Below are positions 24,231-36,096 of a DNA stretch of 64,000 nucleotides, piece after piece. The notes under the pieces are model-generated. The model was not told the DNA's origin. It ran no database searches and saw only the letters and a list, made by a program, of their open reading frames with translations. The number at the start of each line of letters is the position of its first letter. The stretch's first letter is position 1. Position numbers and translations under genes: made by a program. The DNA comes from Podarcis melisellensis (Eukaryota), in assembly GCA_964234715.1 (NCBI GenBank), contig OZ174275.1; one strand, 5' to 3'.

Positions 24231-24958
24231 CTATGCAAAGCAAGGAGTGCAGGCAAGCCAAGGATAGGAGACAAGAAAGAAATGATTTCCTTGTATAAAA
24301 AGTATTATATTGGCCTGAGCATTGTGAAGGGCAACCTCAGAATCTCGTATAACGAGCCCCACTTACATGAGTGTGCAGACACCTGTGAATACACACACAC
24401 ACAGAAAAAAAATTCTCTAGGACTGAGAGAATTGTTGCTATGTAGGATGCATCTTCAGATCTGTTAGGGAAGGGGTAGGGAACCTGTGGCCTTCCTAATG
24501 TTGCTGGACTACAACGCACATCACTCCTGAGCATTAATCATGTTGCCTGGGGTGGATGGGAGACGTAGGCAAAGAACATAGGGAGTACCACAAGTTCCCT
24601 AATCCTGTGTTAAGAGGAAAGGCACTCTGTGCACTTATATGGCACAGACAGCACCACCCCTTGCATTAAGAATCCACTGGAAGAGATCCAATCCTCGCTC
24701 AGACATCAGCATGCTTTGTTCCACTCCTTTCTGTGCTAGCTGTGGTCAAAAGAGGAGAGGACCCTGTAAGTGGCCAGACCAGAGTCACAAAACATTCCCC
24801 TATTACCAGCTTTGGTGGTGGGCTTTGGTGGGTTATAAGCTCATCATCTTTTGAAGAAAAGGGTAGAAAGTCCCCCAAACACCAACACCACTTTCCAGTC
24901 TAGCCTAAATATCACCACCCGCCTTGTCCAACTGTCTGTTGCAGCTCTAGAAAGTCAC

Positions 24959-25039
24959 CTTTTCCTGGTTGGGCTTAATGCAGCGAATGAATAGAGGGTT
25001 GCAAGTGCTGAGCGTGGCCATCAAAGAGTGTAGGGAGTC
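24959..25039 (-). CDS. MYO10L: Myosin-X-like exon 19 (DSLHSLMATLSTCNPLFIRCIKPNQEK)
   Basis: ttttag|...AAG|gtgact, 81 nt. Confidence 0.95.
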
Positions 25040-25680
25040 CTAAAAAGAAGAAGAAAAGAACACTGAAAATGAGTCACTTTTTTTGGAAGATTAAGATTCT
25101 GACCTCTCTCTTGCCCCACCCCGCCACCAGCCAGTCATACAAAAACTTTGTGGATAGGATGGGGAAACAGGAACCTCTGAACAGTGGATTTTGTGTGGCC
25201 CAACATTTCTTAAAGGTTGTGTACATGCGCACAGAACCTGTGGTGAAGGCAAACAATCACCACATTCTCATCACAGACACAACTTTCTGACCAGGTTGGG
25301 CTTAGTGGAATGCAGTTTTGCTAGTTTACAGTGGCTGGTGGCAATGCACAGCACTGACTGGTTAATGCTCCCTGCAATCCCTGGAGTTGTTTTATAACCT
25401 TAAAACCCGCCCCCCACTAATGGCTTTTTGAAAAAGAAAAAGAGACTGGGGAAAATGCATGTTTTGATGAATAAATGTACACAGGGCACTTTAAAAACTA
25501 AAGAAAAGGCAGAGAGTCTGTGTGAAGCATAGAGAGTAGCAAGCCTAAGGTCTAAACAACACTTCGTAGCACAATTCAGTGTGGAAGCTGAGCTCATCCC
25601 AGGCAAGAAAAACCCTATTGGGGCTTCTGCTGTTATGTCTGAATGTCTGCCTGCCCTTTCATTGGGCCTGCTGCTCCTAC

Positions 25681-25789
25681 CCTGAACTGTGAGCTGACAG
25701 TCGGCCTGCGCCTCTGAGTTCCCATCTTCAGTGTGTCTTCACTGCTGCAGCCAGCAACTCTTTCAAAGAGATCATAGATGAAATCCAGC
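25681..25789 (-). CDS. MYO10L: Myosin-X-like exon 18 (LDFIYDLFE...RRRPTVSSQFR; loop 2)
   Basis: ctgcag|...AGG|gtagga, 109 nt. Confidence 0.95.
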
Positions 25790-26627
25790 CTGCAGACAAA
25801 GAGGAGCATACAGCAGAGAAAACATTTATTTGATCACATCTTGCGTGGGGGTTATGTTCTGGGGGTGCTGCATATACGCAAAATCACATATACCCAGATC
25901 ACCACCTTGGAAGTGGGCCCACATGACCATCTTTACCTTCCAAGCAAGGCAGAGAGCTTTTAAGTTTTCAGACTGGGATGCTCTCGCAAGATCTTGCAGG
26001 GCTGCCCAAGTGCAAGAGCATTCCAGAGTCCGGTAAGCAATTCTAAGAACTTAAAAGCTCTTTCCACGCTAGAAAAACCCATCACAAAAGGAGCTTTTGA
26101 GCTCTCTGCCTTATGTGCAATTAGCTTGTAAGATTTCAGCTGGCTGACTTTCAACCATGTAAAGCTGAAATCACGCAAGTTAACTGCACGCAAGATGCAA
26201 TCATGCTGTACTGCCAAATTCCAAAGGCAGAAACGCACAGGCTGGTGATGCCTCTTTCTGAAACTGCATGCTGCATTCATTCTTCCTTTTGATGAACTAC
26301 AGTAGTCCAGAGCAATCTTGGAAAGTGCTGCATTATGCTTGATCTTATGGAAAGGTTGGGTACCTGAAGTCCCATGGCAAAGAGCTGATTGACAGCTAAA
26401 GCTCCAACAGCCATGAATTGCCTCTGGGGGCTTGCAAAATGGTCCAAAGCATGTGCTAGGACTCCATACAAGTTCCCCATCCTTCTGTCTACAGTACTGA
26501 ATGTCCAAGAAACAGCTTCCCTGCCCCAAATCAAAGTGTTCAGATGTTATGTACGCTCTGCAATTCTGCTCCATGCCCACCTGTAGCTCCCAACTAGTTT
26601 GGGCTTCATTCGAATACAGTTGCTTAC

Positions 26628-26710
26628 CTGCTGTCTTTCAGCATGTTTAAAATATCATCTCTAAAGGTGTCTCTGTTTTTCTCCAGAAAGCCCCTCACAT
26701 CATAGAAGAC
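26628..26710 (-). CDS. MYO10L: Myosin-X-like exon 17 (VFYDVRGFLEKNRDTFRDDILNMLKDSR)
   Basis: ctgcag|...AG|gtaagc, 83 nt. Confidence 0.96.
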
Positions 26711-27703
26711 CTGCAGGTGACAGGTTGCAACACAAGCATTAAAATGCGCCATCATGATAATGCACAACACAGATGCATTGAACAAGGAGGAAAAGCTCTT
26801 GAACTCACACACCCCAAACTGCCAAATACCTTATGCATCTCTCAAGCCCTTTATTGATTAAGGGCAGGGGGAACTAGCCCAGAGGCGATATGTAGAGCCC
26901 TGTTCTGCTATGTTACAGGAACAATGTACTGTAGTAGCCGCCAGAGTCTTGGACAACAACTAGGAAGACAAGTCCAAACATCCCCTCTCGGCCATTAATC
27001 TCACCAGGTGATCTTTGACCAATCAATACCTTTCAGCCTAGACTACCTCAAGGGGTTGTTATGATAATGCAAAGCAAGTGGGATCAGACATGCCACCATG
27101 AGCTCCTTGGAAGAAGGGTAGATAAAAGTGTCAAAGATAAATAAATCTGAAGCCCACTGTCTCTCAACAAGAGAGTTTAATTCAACCTCCCTTCAACAGC
27201 AACCCAGTAGCCAGAGCAAGGATTAAATCCTGCTGCCTTGGCTAAGCCATCCTGTTCCCTCCTGGGAACAGGGCATGCAGTTAATGCAGGATTAAGCCCT
27301 GCCCTCCTGCCCATCAGCTGGTTTCAGCAGTGTTATCATCTGATGGTGGGGGGTGTGATTTGAGGGGAAATGGCCTCGCAGACCAGATCTGAAACTCTGG
27401 TGGGCCAAGACTGATAGGCTGTTCTAAACCACAGCAACTGTAATGTGTGTTCTGGTCCCAAACAAGTCTATCATCTGTGAGGGTTCAACAAAATAATATT
27501 AGATAGGCCTAAACCTCAAATTGGCAGCTTAAAAGAGTTTTAAAACTTGGTAGAGGCTGTTGGTCAATCCCATGCCCATTCCAGAAATAAAATTCTGCAC
27601 TTTAGGCCTTTTTTGTCAGCCTCCAGCTGTGGCCTAACTGCTCACTGGCTTGTAGGCCCCAAACTCAGCCAGCTGCTCAGCTATCAGGCTAAAATGCACT
27701 TAC

Positions 27704-27772
27704 CTCTCCGGCATAGTGCTGGATTCCAAACTGAAAATCTGTTACTCGAGGCTTCATATAGTACTGGTTGTT
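27704..27772 (-). CDS. MYO10L: Myosin-X-like exon 16 (NNQYYMKPRVTDFQFGIQHYAGE)
   Basis: tttcag|...GAG|gtaagt, 69 nt. Confidence 0.95.
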
Positions 27773-28871
27773 CTGAAACAGAAGTGAGCGAAGCACTGTT
27801 TATACTACACTAGCACCTGAAGCAACACATCAGCAGCTGTTTTCAAATATCATGAGTGGTAGTAATTTTTTGCACATAACCAAGCAAACAGTGAGGGCCA
27901 GGACCGCACTCTGGTGCAGTACTATTGTACTTCATAAACTGTCGGTCCCAAAATGGCCGCACAGTAACCACAACAGTCAGTTAAGAGTATTTTGGTGGAG
28001 CCAAAAACAGGGAACTATCCTGGCAAACTTCTAGGTCAGTGCTACAACTCAGACATTATGATGAGCCAGAAATTATCCTTCTGGAAGATTCCCTGCCTCG
28101 GACTGAAGCATCCCAGCTATGTCACAAGCCACTAGGATCAGTCTGCCTACTGGAATTCCCAGAACTGCTAAAATACAATGTTCTTCACAGAGTACTGATT
28201 GTGTCTGTTAGCTTTTAGCCATTATCCAGTAAACTGAACAAGGAAAGCTATTCTACCCTGAATTGTTAACCTAATTTTAAACCTCCACCCGCTGAATCTT
28301 AGCAGCTATTCATTTGGTAAGAGACTTAGGGTCATCTGCTTAAGAGACACATTATGCAATTCTGTTTGCTTTGCTTTGAAGAGGGTTAATTTGGCCTCAC
28401 AGTTTGATTGCCTTTTCTATCAGAAGACACCAAGGGAGCCTTCCAAGGCTGAAGCAGAGGCTCAGCCAAAGAGGTTCCAATAGATGAAGTGCCGATAACT
28501 GGTTCTTTGTGGACTGTGTTCCTCTTGCTCACTTTGTGGCCTTCTTTTAAAAATCCACAGTGGAAGTAGTTCCCATTTCATACAACGAACAGAGCACCAC
28601 CTACTTTGTTCATAGATGAGAGGAAATTTAAAATATCAAGATTATGTAAAGTGTAGTTTGTGGGAACACATCCTGTGTGTTAATGTGGGCTGGTGGGGCG
28701 GGGAGAAAAGAGCATGGAACAAATTCCTGAGGGGCATCAAACTATGGTTCCATACAGGTTTCTTTTCTCTTTTTTTTTTGGTTTCTATATTATTATTAGC
28801 CTATGATATACATTTTAGAAATGCATAGATAAATCCATGCAAGTGTTGTGTATATATGCATCTTCACTTAC

Positions 28872-28964
28872 CCCATGCTGGTTGTGCAGCTTTTCCAAAA
28901 GGGTACTGTCTGTGCCTTTGGGGAATCTACTCTCTTCATTAACCAAGGCCAGCAAACCAAGTTT
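28872..28964 (-). CDS. MYO10L: Myosin-X-like exon 15 (KLGLLALVNEESRFPKGTDSTLLEKLHNQHG)
   Basis: ctacag|...GGG|gtaagt, 93 nt. Confidence 0.95.
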
Positions 28965-29382
28965 CTGTAGCCAAAGAAGAAAAAGACTTCATTTAATGTA
29001 ATGTTAACTTGCTCAGCCTAAAGTAAGGTTGGAGGGGGTGTAAAAATTGTATGTATATAAGGACAGCAAACACATACATCCACACCCACCCACCCACACC
29101 TTGAGCTAGCCACGATTTCCACTCATACCTCCCCCCCCCCTCTTTTTCCTTACACTCTTTTTCTTTTTCTTCACAATGAACTCTTCTAACTTCTGAATGA
29201 AGCCTGCCCATTTCCGCAAAAGTAACAGAGGCCAAGGTGGGGAGAGGCAAAATACCAGCTATAAATTAAGGCACAGAAACAAGGCTTGCTACTTGGGATC
29301 AAGGTCAGAGAGAAAAGCCCAGTCTACAGAGAAAGCATACTCTTGACTGCATGCTAACCCATCACACAGGAGAGAGGCCTAC

Positions 29383-29449
29383 CTTCTCAATAAGATCCAA
29401 GCATTCTGCATTGTCCATCCAATCAATGGCTTCCCAGCTTATCCCCTCT
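29383..29449 (-). CDS. MYO10L: Myosin-X-like exon 14 (EGISWEAIDWMDNAECLDLIEK)
   Basis: tggcag|...AAG|gtaggc, 67 nt. Confidence 0.95.
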
Positions 29450-29830
29450 CTGCCAAAAAGAGAGGGGAAACACAAGTCAGGCACTCAGATTTGCAGAGAG
29501 CAGGAGTTAAGAAACAGCAAGATGGTTTGGACAGGACAGAAGTACATGAAAAGGAGAATAACATCCCTGGGAGGGGAAAAGCAGGGAATAACATCCCTGG
29601 GAAGGTAAAACTGCTCCCAGGCAGCAAAGTAGTGGGCGACTCTTGCTTTTATCAAGCTTTCCAAGGATTTCCTTGACCCCCCACATGGATTGTCAGTGAT
29701 GAAATCCAAAGCGGCTTTTCTGCTAGCAGTTTTTCCTCCTCCACCTGAGAGCAGTGGGCTCTCTTGGTTGCCAGAGGCCACTACCAATAAGCAATAGCCA
29801 CTGCCTCCTGAAAAGGCCACTTTTAACTAC

Positions 29831-29931
29831 CTGTTGTACTCAAGCTGCTCCAGGGAGAATATGTGCTTGTTGAAGTACTCCTGGAGCTTCTCATTTGCAT
29901 AGTTAATGTTAAACTGCTCAAAACGATTCAC
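29831..29931 (-). CDS. MYO10L: Myosin-X-like exon 13 ([32 protein letters not shown]; relay helix)
   Basis: gcacag|...AG|gtagtt, 101 nt. Confidence 0.96.
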
Positions 29932-30509
29932 CTGTGCGTGTGACAAGAGAAACCAATATTAGCACCCATGTTCTTGGTCGGGGGGGGGGAATCTTTTTTC
30001 CCTTGAGGGCTGCAAGGAAGAGGAAGTGCATGCGGGAAGCAGGGGAAGATCAGCGGAAGTGCAGGTGGTCAGCTTGTTATTGCCTCTCCTGCCGGCTGCT
30101 GCCAGTCTGGGCATGCAGTGGCACAGAAACCACAGAGACTGCAAATGACAAGACTGCCCATTCAAGGTGAAAACAGGGCACATCAAGAAAAGGATTAGTG
30201 AATGAAGCTCACTGGGTGACCTTGGGTCAGTCGCAGTCTCTCAACCTAATCTACCTCACAGGGTTGTGGCATGAATAAGTTTTTGTGTGGTTGAGACCCT
30301 TCAGGGAAGGAAGCTGGGTATATAAATAATAATAATAATAATAATAATATGCAGTGCCACCTTAAGCTCTTTGGAGAAAAGGTGGGATATAAATGTAATA
30401 ATGAAAGTGGGGCAAACACAAGGGAGTGCATGCCCATGTAACATAGGTGCCAAGAGAGTTTGACTAAATGCCTTACCAAAGTAATTTTCACAGGACATTG
30501 TCAGAGTTT

Positions 30510-30680
30510 GGGAAAGGGTTGTAGCTCAGTGGTAGAGCATATGCTTTGCATGCAGAAGGTCCCAGGTTCAATCCCTGGGTTCTCCAGGTATGACTGGGAA
30601 TGCCCACTGTCTGGAGCCCTGGAAAGTCACTGGCAGTCTGTGTAGACAATACTGAAGTAGATGCCTGACTTGGTGTATTT
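30510..30680 (+). mobile_element. tRNA-derived SINE (related copies at about 18848-19030 and 61510-61675)
   Basis: A-box tagctcagtgg, B-box ggttcaatccc, non-tRNA body shared among three copies. Confidence 0.75.
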
Positions 30681-30971
30681 CAACAAACAATATACAGGGT
30701 GTAGTGATATACAAGCAATTTTTTGTGTGTGACTTTGACTTGGTGTATGGCAGCTGCCTTTGTTTCCAATTTGAAGAATGAGGTTCAAGGGGCAATGACC
30801 ATACCATCCCCTGCCCAACTGGCTTGGTATTGAGCAATTTATGTTTCAATGTACTGAAATTACCCTGGAAGGCCTCTGCCTTGCCTCCAGGTAATCAGCT
30901 CAGCCTGTTTTCTGCATGCACAGGAACTTTCTTTGGTCCACGCAACAATCCCCAATAGTTTAATTTCTAAC

Positions 30972-31118
30972 CTGGAAATTCTCAAACCCGAAGATATCCA
31001 GGATTCCAACAGACTTAAAGTTTTCCTTCCCTTTTATCTTTGAGTTAATCTTGCCAATGATCCATGAGAAGCACTGTGAATAAAGGGCCATGGCGAGAGA
31101 GTCTCTAGAGTCAGCAGC
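30972..31118 (-). CDS. MYO10L: Myosin-X-like exon 12 ([13 protein letters not shown]...[12 protein letters not shown]; switch II)
   Basis: ccctag|...CAG|gttaga, 147 nt. Confidence 0.96.
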
Positions 31119-31603
31119 CTAGGGGCAAACAGGGAGGAAGACAATGCTTGTCAGTAAGCAATGAAGTGGCGGGGGGGGGGGGGAGAGATACCAAACATCA
31201 CTCTATATGCCAGAGAGCAACACAGCAAACTATGGGGAGTTTGAGGCAGCAAAGGCCTGGCAAATGAACATTATCCCTGGGAAACTAATTTTAAGTATAG
31301 AACAGCAGAGAAACTGCAGCTGAAACTCAGATGCCTGAATTGCCAAGGATGGGATGACTGCTATCAAACATGCCTCCCAACTCCATCTGTGCCAAACTAG
31401 GCCTTGTTCTCACCATGAGAAAATGAGGTATAAACCTGGGTCTGGACTGCAAGTGGGGGATTTACCCGGGGATGCAACGGGTGCGGGGCACCTGGGTGCT
31501 GAATTTGGGGGGGGTGCCCAGCACCCACTGCTGAAGCTCTTAACTATCTACCTGTTATGAAATAATAAAGAATTCTGATCAAGCTAGAAAAACAAAATAC
31601 ATA

Positions 31604-31826
31604 CAGTGGTACCTCGGGTTACATATGCTTCAGGTTACATACGCTTCAGGTTACAGACTCCACTAACCCAGAGATAGTGCTTCAGGATGAGAACATAAAT
31701 CATGCTCCGGCAGCATGGCAGCAGCAGGAGGCCCCATTAGCTAAAGTGGTGCTTCAGGTTAAGAACAGTTTCAGGTTCAGTACAGACCTCCGGAACGAAT
31801 TAAGTACTTAACCCGAGGTACCACTG
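31604..31826 (+). mobile_element. Tigger/pogo-like MITE
   Basis: TIR CAGTGGTACCTCGGGTTA...TAACCCGAGGTACCACTG with TA target duplication; internal ttcaggtta repeats. Confidence 0.88.
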
Positions 31827-33899
31827 TATATACCTAGGTATTACCGAAATGTATACCTACTGTTTCACTAAAGGACTTTCGACTTTGTGTGGTCATTTAC
31901 CAAAGACACACCGCACCAGCGGCGCTTGTCAGATTCAATGACAGCGCTTGTAATTCACAACGGTGCCGTGCACGCGAAATTAACTCTTACATCAAAATAT
32001 AATGTTACGTATTGTACTGAGCTACTATGCAGCAGCGGGGTCAGCGGCACCTTTGACACGACTGATGTTTCTCCTAAGTATGTGCCTAAACAATACTTAC
32101 AAGTTTAAGTGTGGTGGTGTTGTATACTTAAATATATTGTAAATAAATGAGCAAATAAAAAAGTTTGTTTCTTTTTCCTCCCTTCTTTCGTAAACAAGAG
32201 ATAAGGCATAAGCGTGGTGTCTGACATAAGCATAATAAAAGTTAATTTGGGGGCTAAACTAAATTTGGGGGCGCTGGGTGGATCTTTGCACCCCAGCTAA
32301 GATTGTGCTGCTCACAGAAAATCATAGATCAGAAGGCAGGAGAGCCATAAGGTCTCTCCTTTGGCTCAGTGACCACCACTGTCCTTTAGGAAGCCTGAGG
32401 CCTAAACCACATGTTACGAGGAATACTTGGTGGCTGCCTCGTTGCATCTCCTCGGTAATGTTTAGTCAAGATGCCAGCACATTAAGACTTTCCCTGCCCC
32501 TGCTCTGCATCACTAGCTGCTGCTTGCAGGGGGGAAGGAAACTCTGGGCACAATGATGCCCTCTCAAATGGTCTTTAACTAAACAGGGCCAAAAAGACAT
32601 GGTGGAAAGATGCAGGTGGGCAACAGCTACACATTCCCTGTATTGTATAGTTTGGGCCGGAGCCAACTGCGCTTAGCGAAGCACAGACAGGGAGGAGCAG
32701 AACTCAAGTGGCCAGACTGCCTGGTAATTCAACATCTCTGCAACATCTTCTAGGAACGGGTGCTTGACTCAACACACCCGGGACTAGGACAAAAGCAGGA
32801 GTGGGCGGCACACAGACACGTGTGTTCTGTCAAAGGCCCCATTGACTGGCCTCAGCTCCTTCTGTCTAACACACTGGAAAATGCCAATGCTTGGCATTCT
32901 AATTAGCTCTGCGTACACTGCAAACTGACTGGCATCACATTCTCTCATGCATCTGGCAATAGTTGGCTGGCATTCCTGGAAGGCTGGGATGGGGAAAGTG
33001 GGCATTTGGCAGCAGGAAGTCTAACTAGTGAGGAAGGGCTATTGAGGAGTGTGCTACAGTGCCCTCATGTTCTGCTTGCGGGTTTCCAATAGGCATCTGA
33101 TTTGCCACTGTGGGAAGAGAGTGCTGGACTGAGTGGGCCTTTGGCCTGATGCAATAGGGCTGTATCCTCTGCTGAGTGCTTGTTGCACTTATCTACAGGA
33201 GAATCCATTTATTTTCTTGTTGCTTCTCCAGAGACACCCAGCTCACATTATGCAACATCTGCAACAGAGATATTGGGGGGGGGGGAGGGGAGGACTAAGG
33301 CCTGGGGGCCAAATGCAGCCCTCTAACTCACTCTACGTTACCCACAGGTTTCTACCTAGACCACACACCTTACTGGCCCCCGGTCTGCACCCTCCTTGAG
33401 AGTTTTGCCTGGCTGGAATGTGTCCCTGAACTCTGAGAATGCCTCTTGCTCATCTGGGTGGAAGATACAGAAAAGTTTGAGGCTCCATGCAGAAGCTACG
33501 CTACTGTACAAGAGTCACATTCATCACTCTGCCCCCATTTACTTTTGGTCCCACTTGGCGCCAGCGTGTGGCCCTCAGAAGGCAGATGAAAAAGATTCCC
33601 CAACCCAGCTCTACAGCGGTAAAGTTGTTAACAAGGCTGATTCACCCTCTCTTCCTGCCTTGCCAATGGCTTCCCTATATCCCAGCTTACTCAAATTCCT
33701 GAGCCACAGTGCACATTCTGGGAAGCCCTCCTCAAGGGTTGGAGGGCGGGGGGAGTATGTCATGTTCAAATCCGAAGCATCCCTCAACTGCCATTTCCCC
33801 TTTGACAACTATGTGAGTGCTGCCACCTAGAGGCAAGTGCCCATCATAGCCAGGCATCACCACCATGCTTAGTGCAAAGCCCATTGGCTACTCACTCAC

Positions 33900-34018
33900 C
33901 TGCTCCACAGTGAGGGGAGAGCTGATCTCCTCTCCCCGTAGGAACATGGATCTCTGGGTGAGCACCTCAGACAACTGGAAGGCATCCAAGCCAAGCAGCT
34001 CGCTGACATTATTCAGCA
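33900..34018 (-). CDS. MYO10L: Myosin-X-like exon 11 (LNNVSELLGLD...RSMFLRGEEISSPLTVEQ)
   Basis: ttctag|...CAG|gtgagt, 119 nt. Confidence 0.95.
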
Positions 34019-34602
34019 CTAGAAGAGAGGATGATAAAAGAGAGATGGCAGTAATGCTTGCGATAATGTGTTCTTATTATGTGGAAGTGATTGATGAGGG
34101 AGGGGGCCTCTCCTCAAAAAGCGACAGGAAGCCAATACAATCAAGAGGCAGGATAGACGTTTGGAGAGACCTTGCTGGCAACTCTTGATACCCCAAGACT
34201 CCACTGATAGGCCCAGGGGGGAGACGGGAAAATAACAGAAACACAGTAACCGTGACATTCCAAAACGTGGCAAAGCTATCTCTGGCAAGCCAGCATGACA
34301 ACTAGGGTAGAGGATTTGTAAGCCATCGTTTCACAACATGGTGAAGTTCGAGCCCATTTGCACACTCAAAACCTAACTTGAATTGGGGGTTAAAAATGTG
34401 CTGTGAATTTAACAGTGTCTTATATTGGGAAGAACTAGACTTGGAATTGTCCCCCAACTCCTACAGTTCCTAGGCGTCCATTTTGTCCTGTGAACAGTAG
34501 CAGAAAGGCAGCAAGGCCTGCCCAGAGGATCAGCATGATCACCAAAACGATGAGGGAGCAGATTCCAGGTGGGGATGCCCTTCACAGAAGGGTGTCGCTT
34601 AC

Positions 34603-34732
34603 CAGTTTTGGTTGTAATCTGAGCTCCTCCGGCCGTCATAAATTCAATGTTTCCAAGTTGCAGGATGCCAGACAGGAGTTTGAAAATGTCTCTGATCTCT
34701 TCAGAACCGAATCCCATCACTTCGAGGGCAGT
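34603..34732 (-). CDS. MYO10L: Myosin-X-like exon 10 (TALEVMGF...LQLGNIEFMTAGGAQ)
   Basis: gagcag|...G|gtaagc, 130 nt. Confidence 0.95.
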
Positions 34733-35733
34733 CTGCTCAAAACACATTGGGCCAATCTTAGACTTGCTATAAAGCAATCCTTACACATCAGCGCACACAA
34801 ACCAGTTAACACATACCTCTGTGAGATTTTGCTTTTTAAGGCTAGCACCCTGAACGCACTCACTATGAAGCAGCTGTACTGATGTCCATGGAACTTACTT
34901 CTGAGTAAACCTGCTGGGATCATCCTAGTTCAGTCCTTTAGAGAGACTGTTTCATAGACTTACCCGTTTCCTTGATTCCATATTGCAGCTGTGATTTTTG
35001 CCACAATGAACACAGAGCCAAGAATGTTGAGCCTGGTTTCAGTTAGCCTTGCGCCTTATATGCAAGAGGATCCACAACAGGGGCAGAGATCCTGTGACCT
35101 TCCAGCTGTTGCTGGACTACAGCTCCCATGATCCCTCAGCAGTGTCCGCATTGGCTGACACTGTCCAGAAAAATCTGGAGGGCCATAGGCTCTCTATCCC
35201 TGAGCTACAAGAAGACCCTCTTGTACTTCCAGGCTTTTTCTTAAGCGAATCCTCTTCTGCTCTCTCTTCCTAGCATGCCCTTTCCTTGCCGTTATTCTAC
35301 CGTCTGCCTTTCGATTTTATCTCCTATACAGCACTCTGCTTCAAAAGTGCTTTATAAATAATAAATATGATTCCTATAGCACCCTCACATCTTTTCCCTC
35401 CTTCTACATTACAAATCAGTGCCCATATTTTTGCAGGCTAAATCCTTCCCCCAGCTCCTTTTTTTTTTAAAGTGATGGGAACAAATATAGTAGTGCAGAA
35501 CTGCAAGAAACAATGGGGGGAAATACGCTAGTGAGCAGACAATGAGAAGTGTCGTCAAGCTACCATTACTTTAGCCTAAGCAGCCTCTCTAAATTGCTAT
35601 CAAACAAAGCACCCAATTAGCAGGCACCACGTACAGACAGGCCATCAAGAGTGAAAAATGATCCTCTTGCATTCAGTTATTTTGCAATTTAGTCTTCATC
35701 GAAGGAACAGGCACACTTTTCCCTTTAAACACA

Positions 35734-35737
<4 letters not shown>

Positions 35738-35787
<50 letters not shown>
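35738..35787. repeat. (GA)n microsatellite
   Basis: Seen directly. Confidence 0.95.
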
Positions 35788-35789
<2 letters not shown>

Positions 35790-35834
35790 CCCCTGCCCTC
35801 ACAGCATTGCCTAATGCAGGTGTGTGAAACCTTT

Positions 35835-35955
35835 GTATCCCCCAGTTGTTGCTGAACTACAACATGCATCATCCCTGGCCATTGGCCATGCTTGCTAGGG
35901 CTGATGGGAGTTGTAGTTCCGCAACATCTGGAGGACCACAGCTTACCCACACCTA
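35835..35955. mobile_element. Palindromic MITE-like repeat (copies at about 3030-3142, 7560-7660, 24465-24607, 35075-35205, 59330-59460)
   Basis: actacaa.tcc...ccattggccatgct...tgggagttgtagt inverted arms seen in 6 diverged copies. Confidence 0.65.
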
Positions 35956-35992
35956 GCCTAAAGTCTTGCCTGGAGTCAAAAGGAAAACTCAC

Positions 35993-36096
35993 CATGACCT
36001 TGCTGAACATCTCTTTGTCGTCCAAGTTCTCATTGGTTACACAGCCAGACTGGTTTAAGTAACGATAGCTCTTGGGCTCCAGCAGGACCAGGGCTT
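35993..36096 (-). CDS. MYO10L: Myosin-X-like exon 9 (ALVLLEPKSYRYLNQSGC...FSKVM)
   Basis: ctacag|...ATG|gtgagt, 104 nt. Confidence 0.95.

Noticed and set aside
29554-29608. Two tandem copies of gaataacatccctggga (about 31-bp unit)
   Set aside because: Simple two-copy slippage duplication with no spacer array and no sign of function.
30510-30590. tRNA-like sequence with A and B boxes
   Set aside because: No proper acceptor stem. It continues into a body shared with other degenerate copies, so it is a SINE head and not a tRNA gene.
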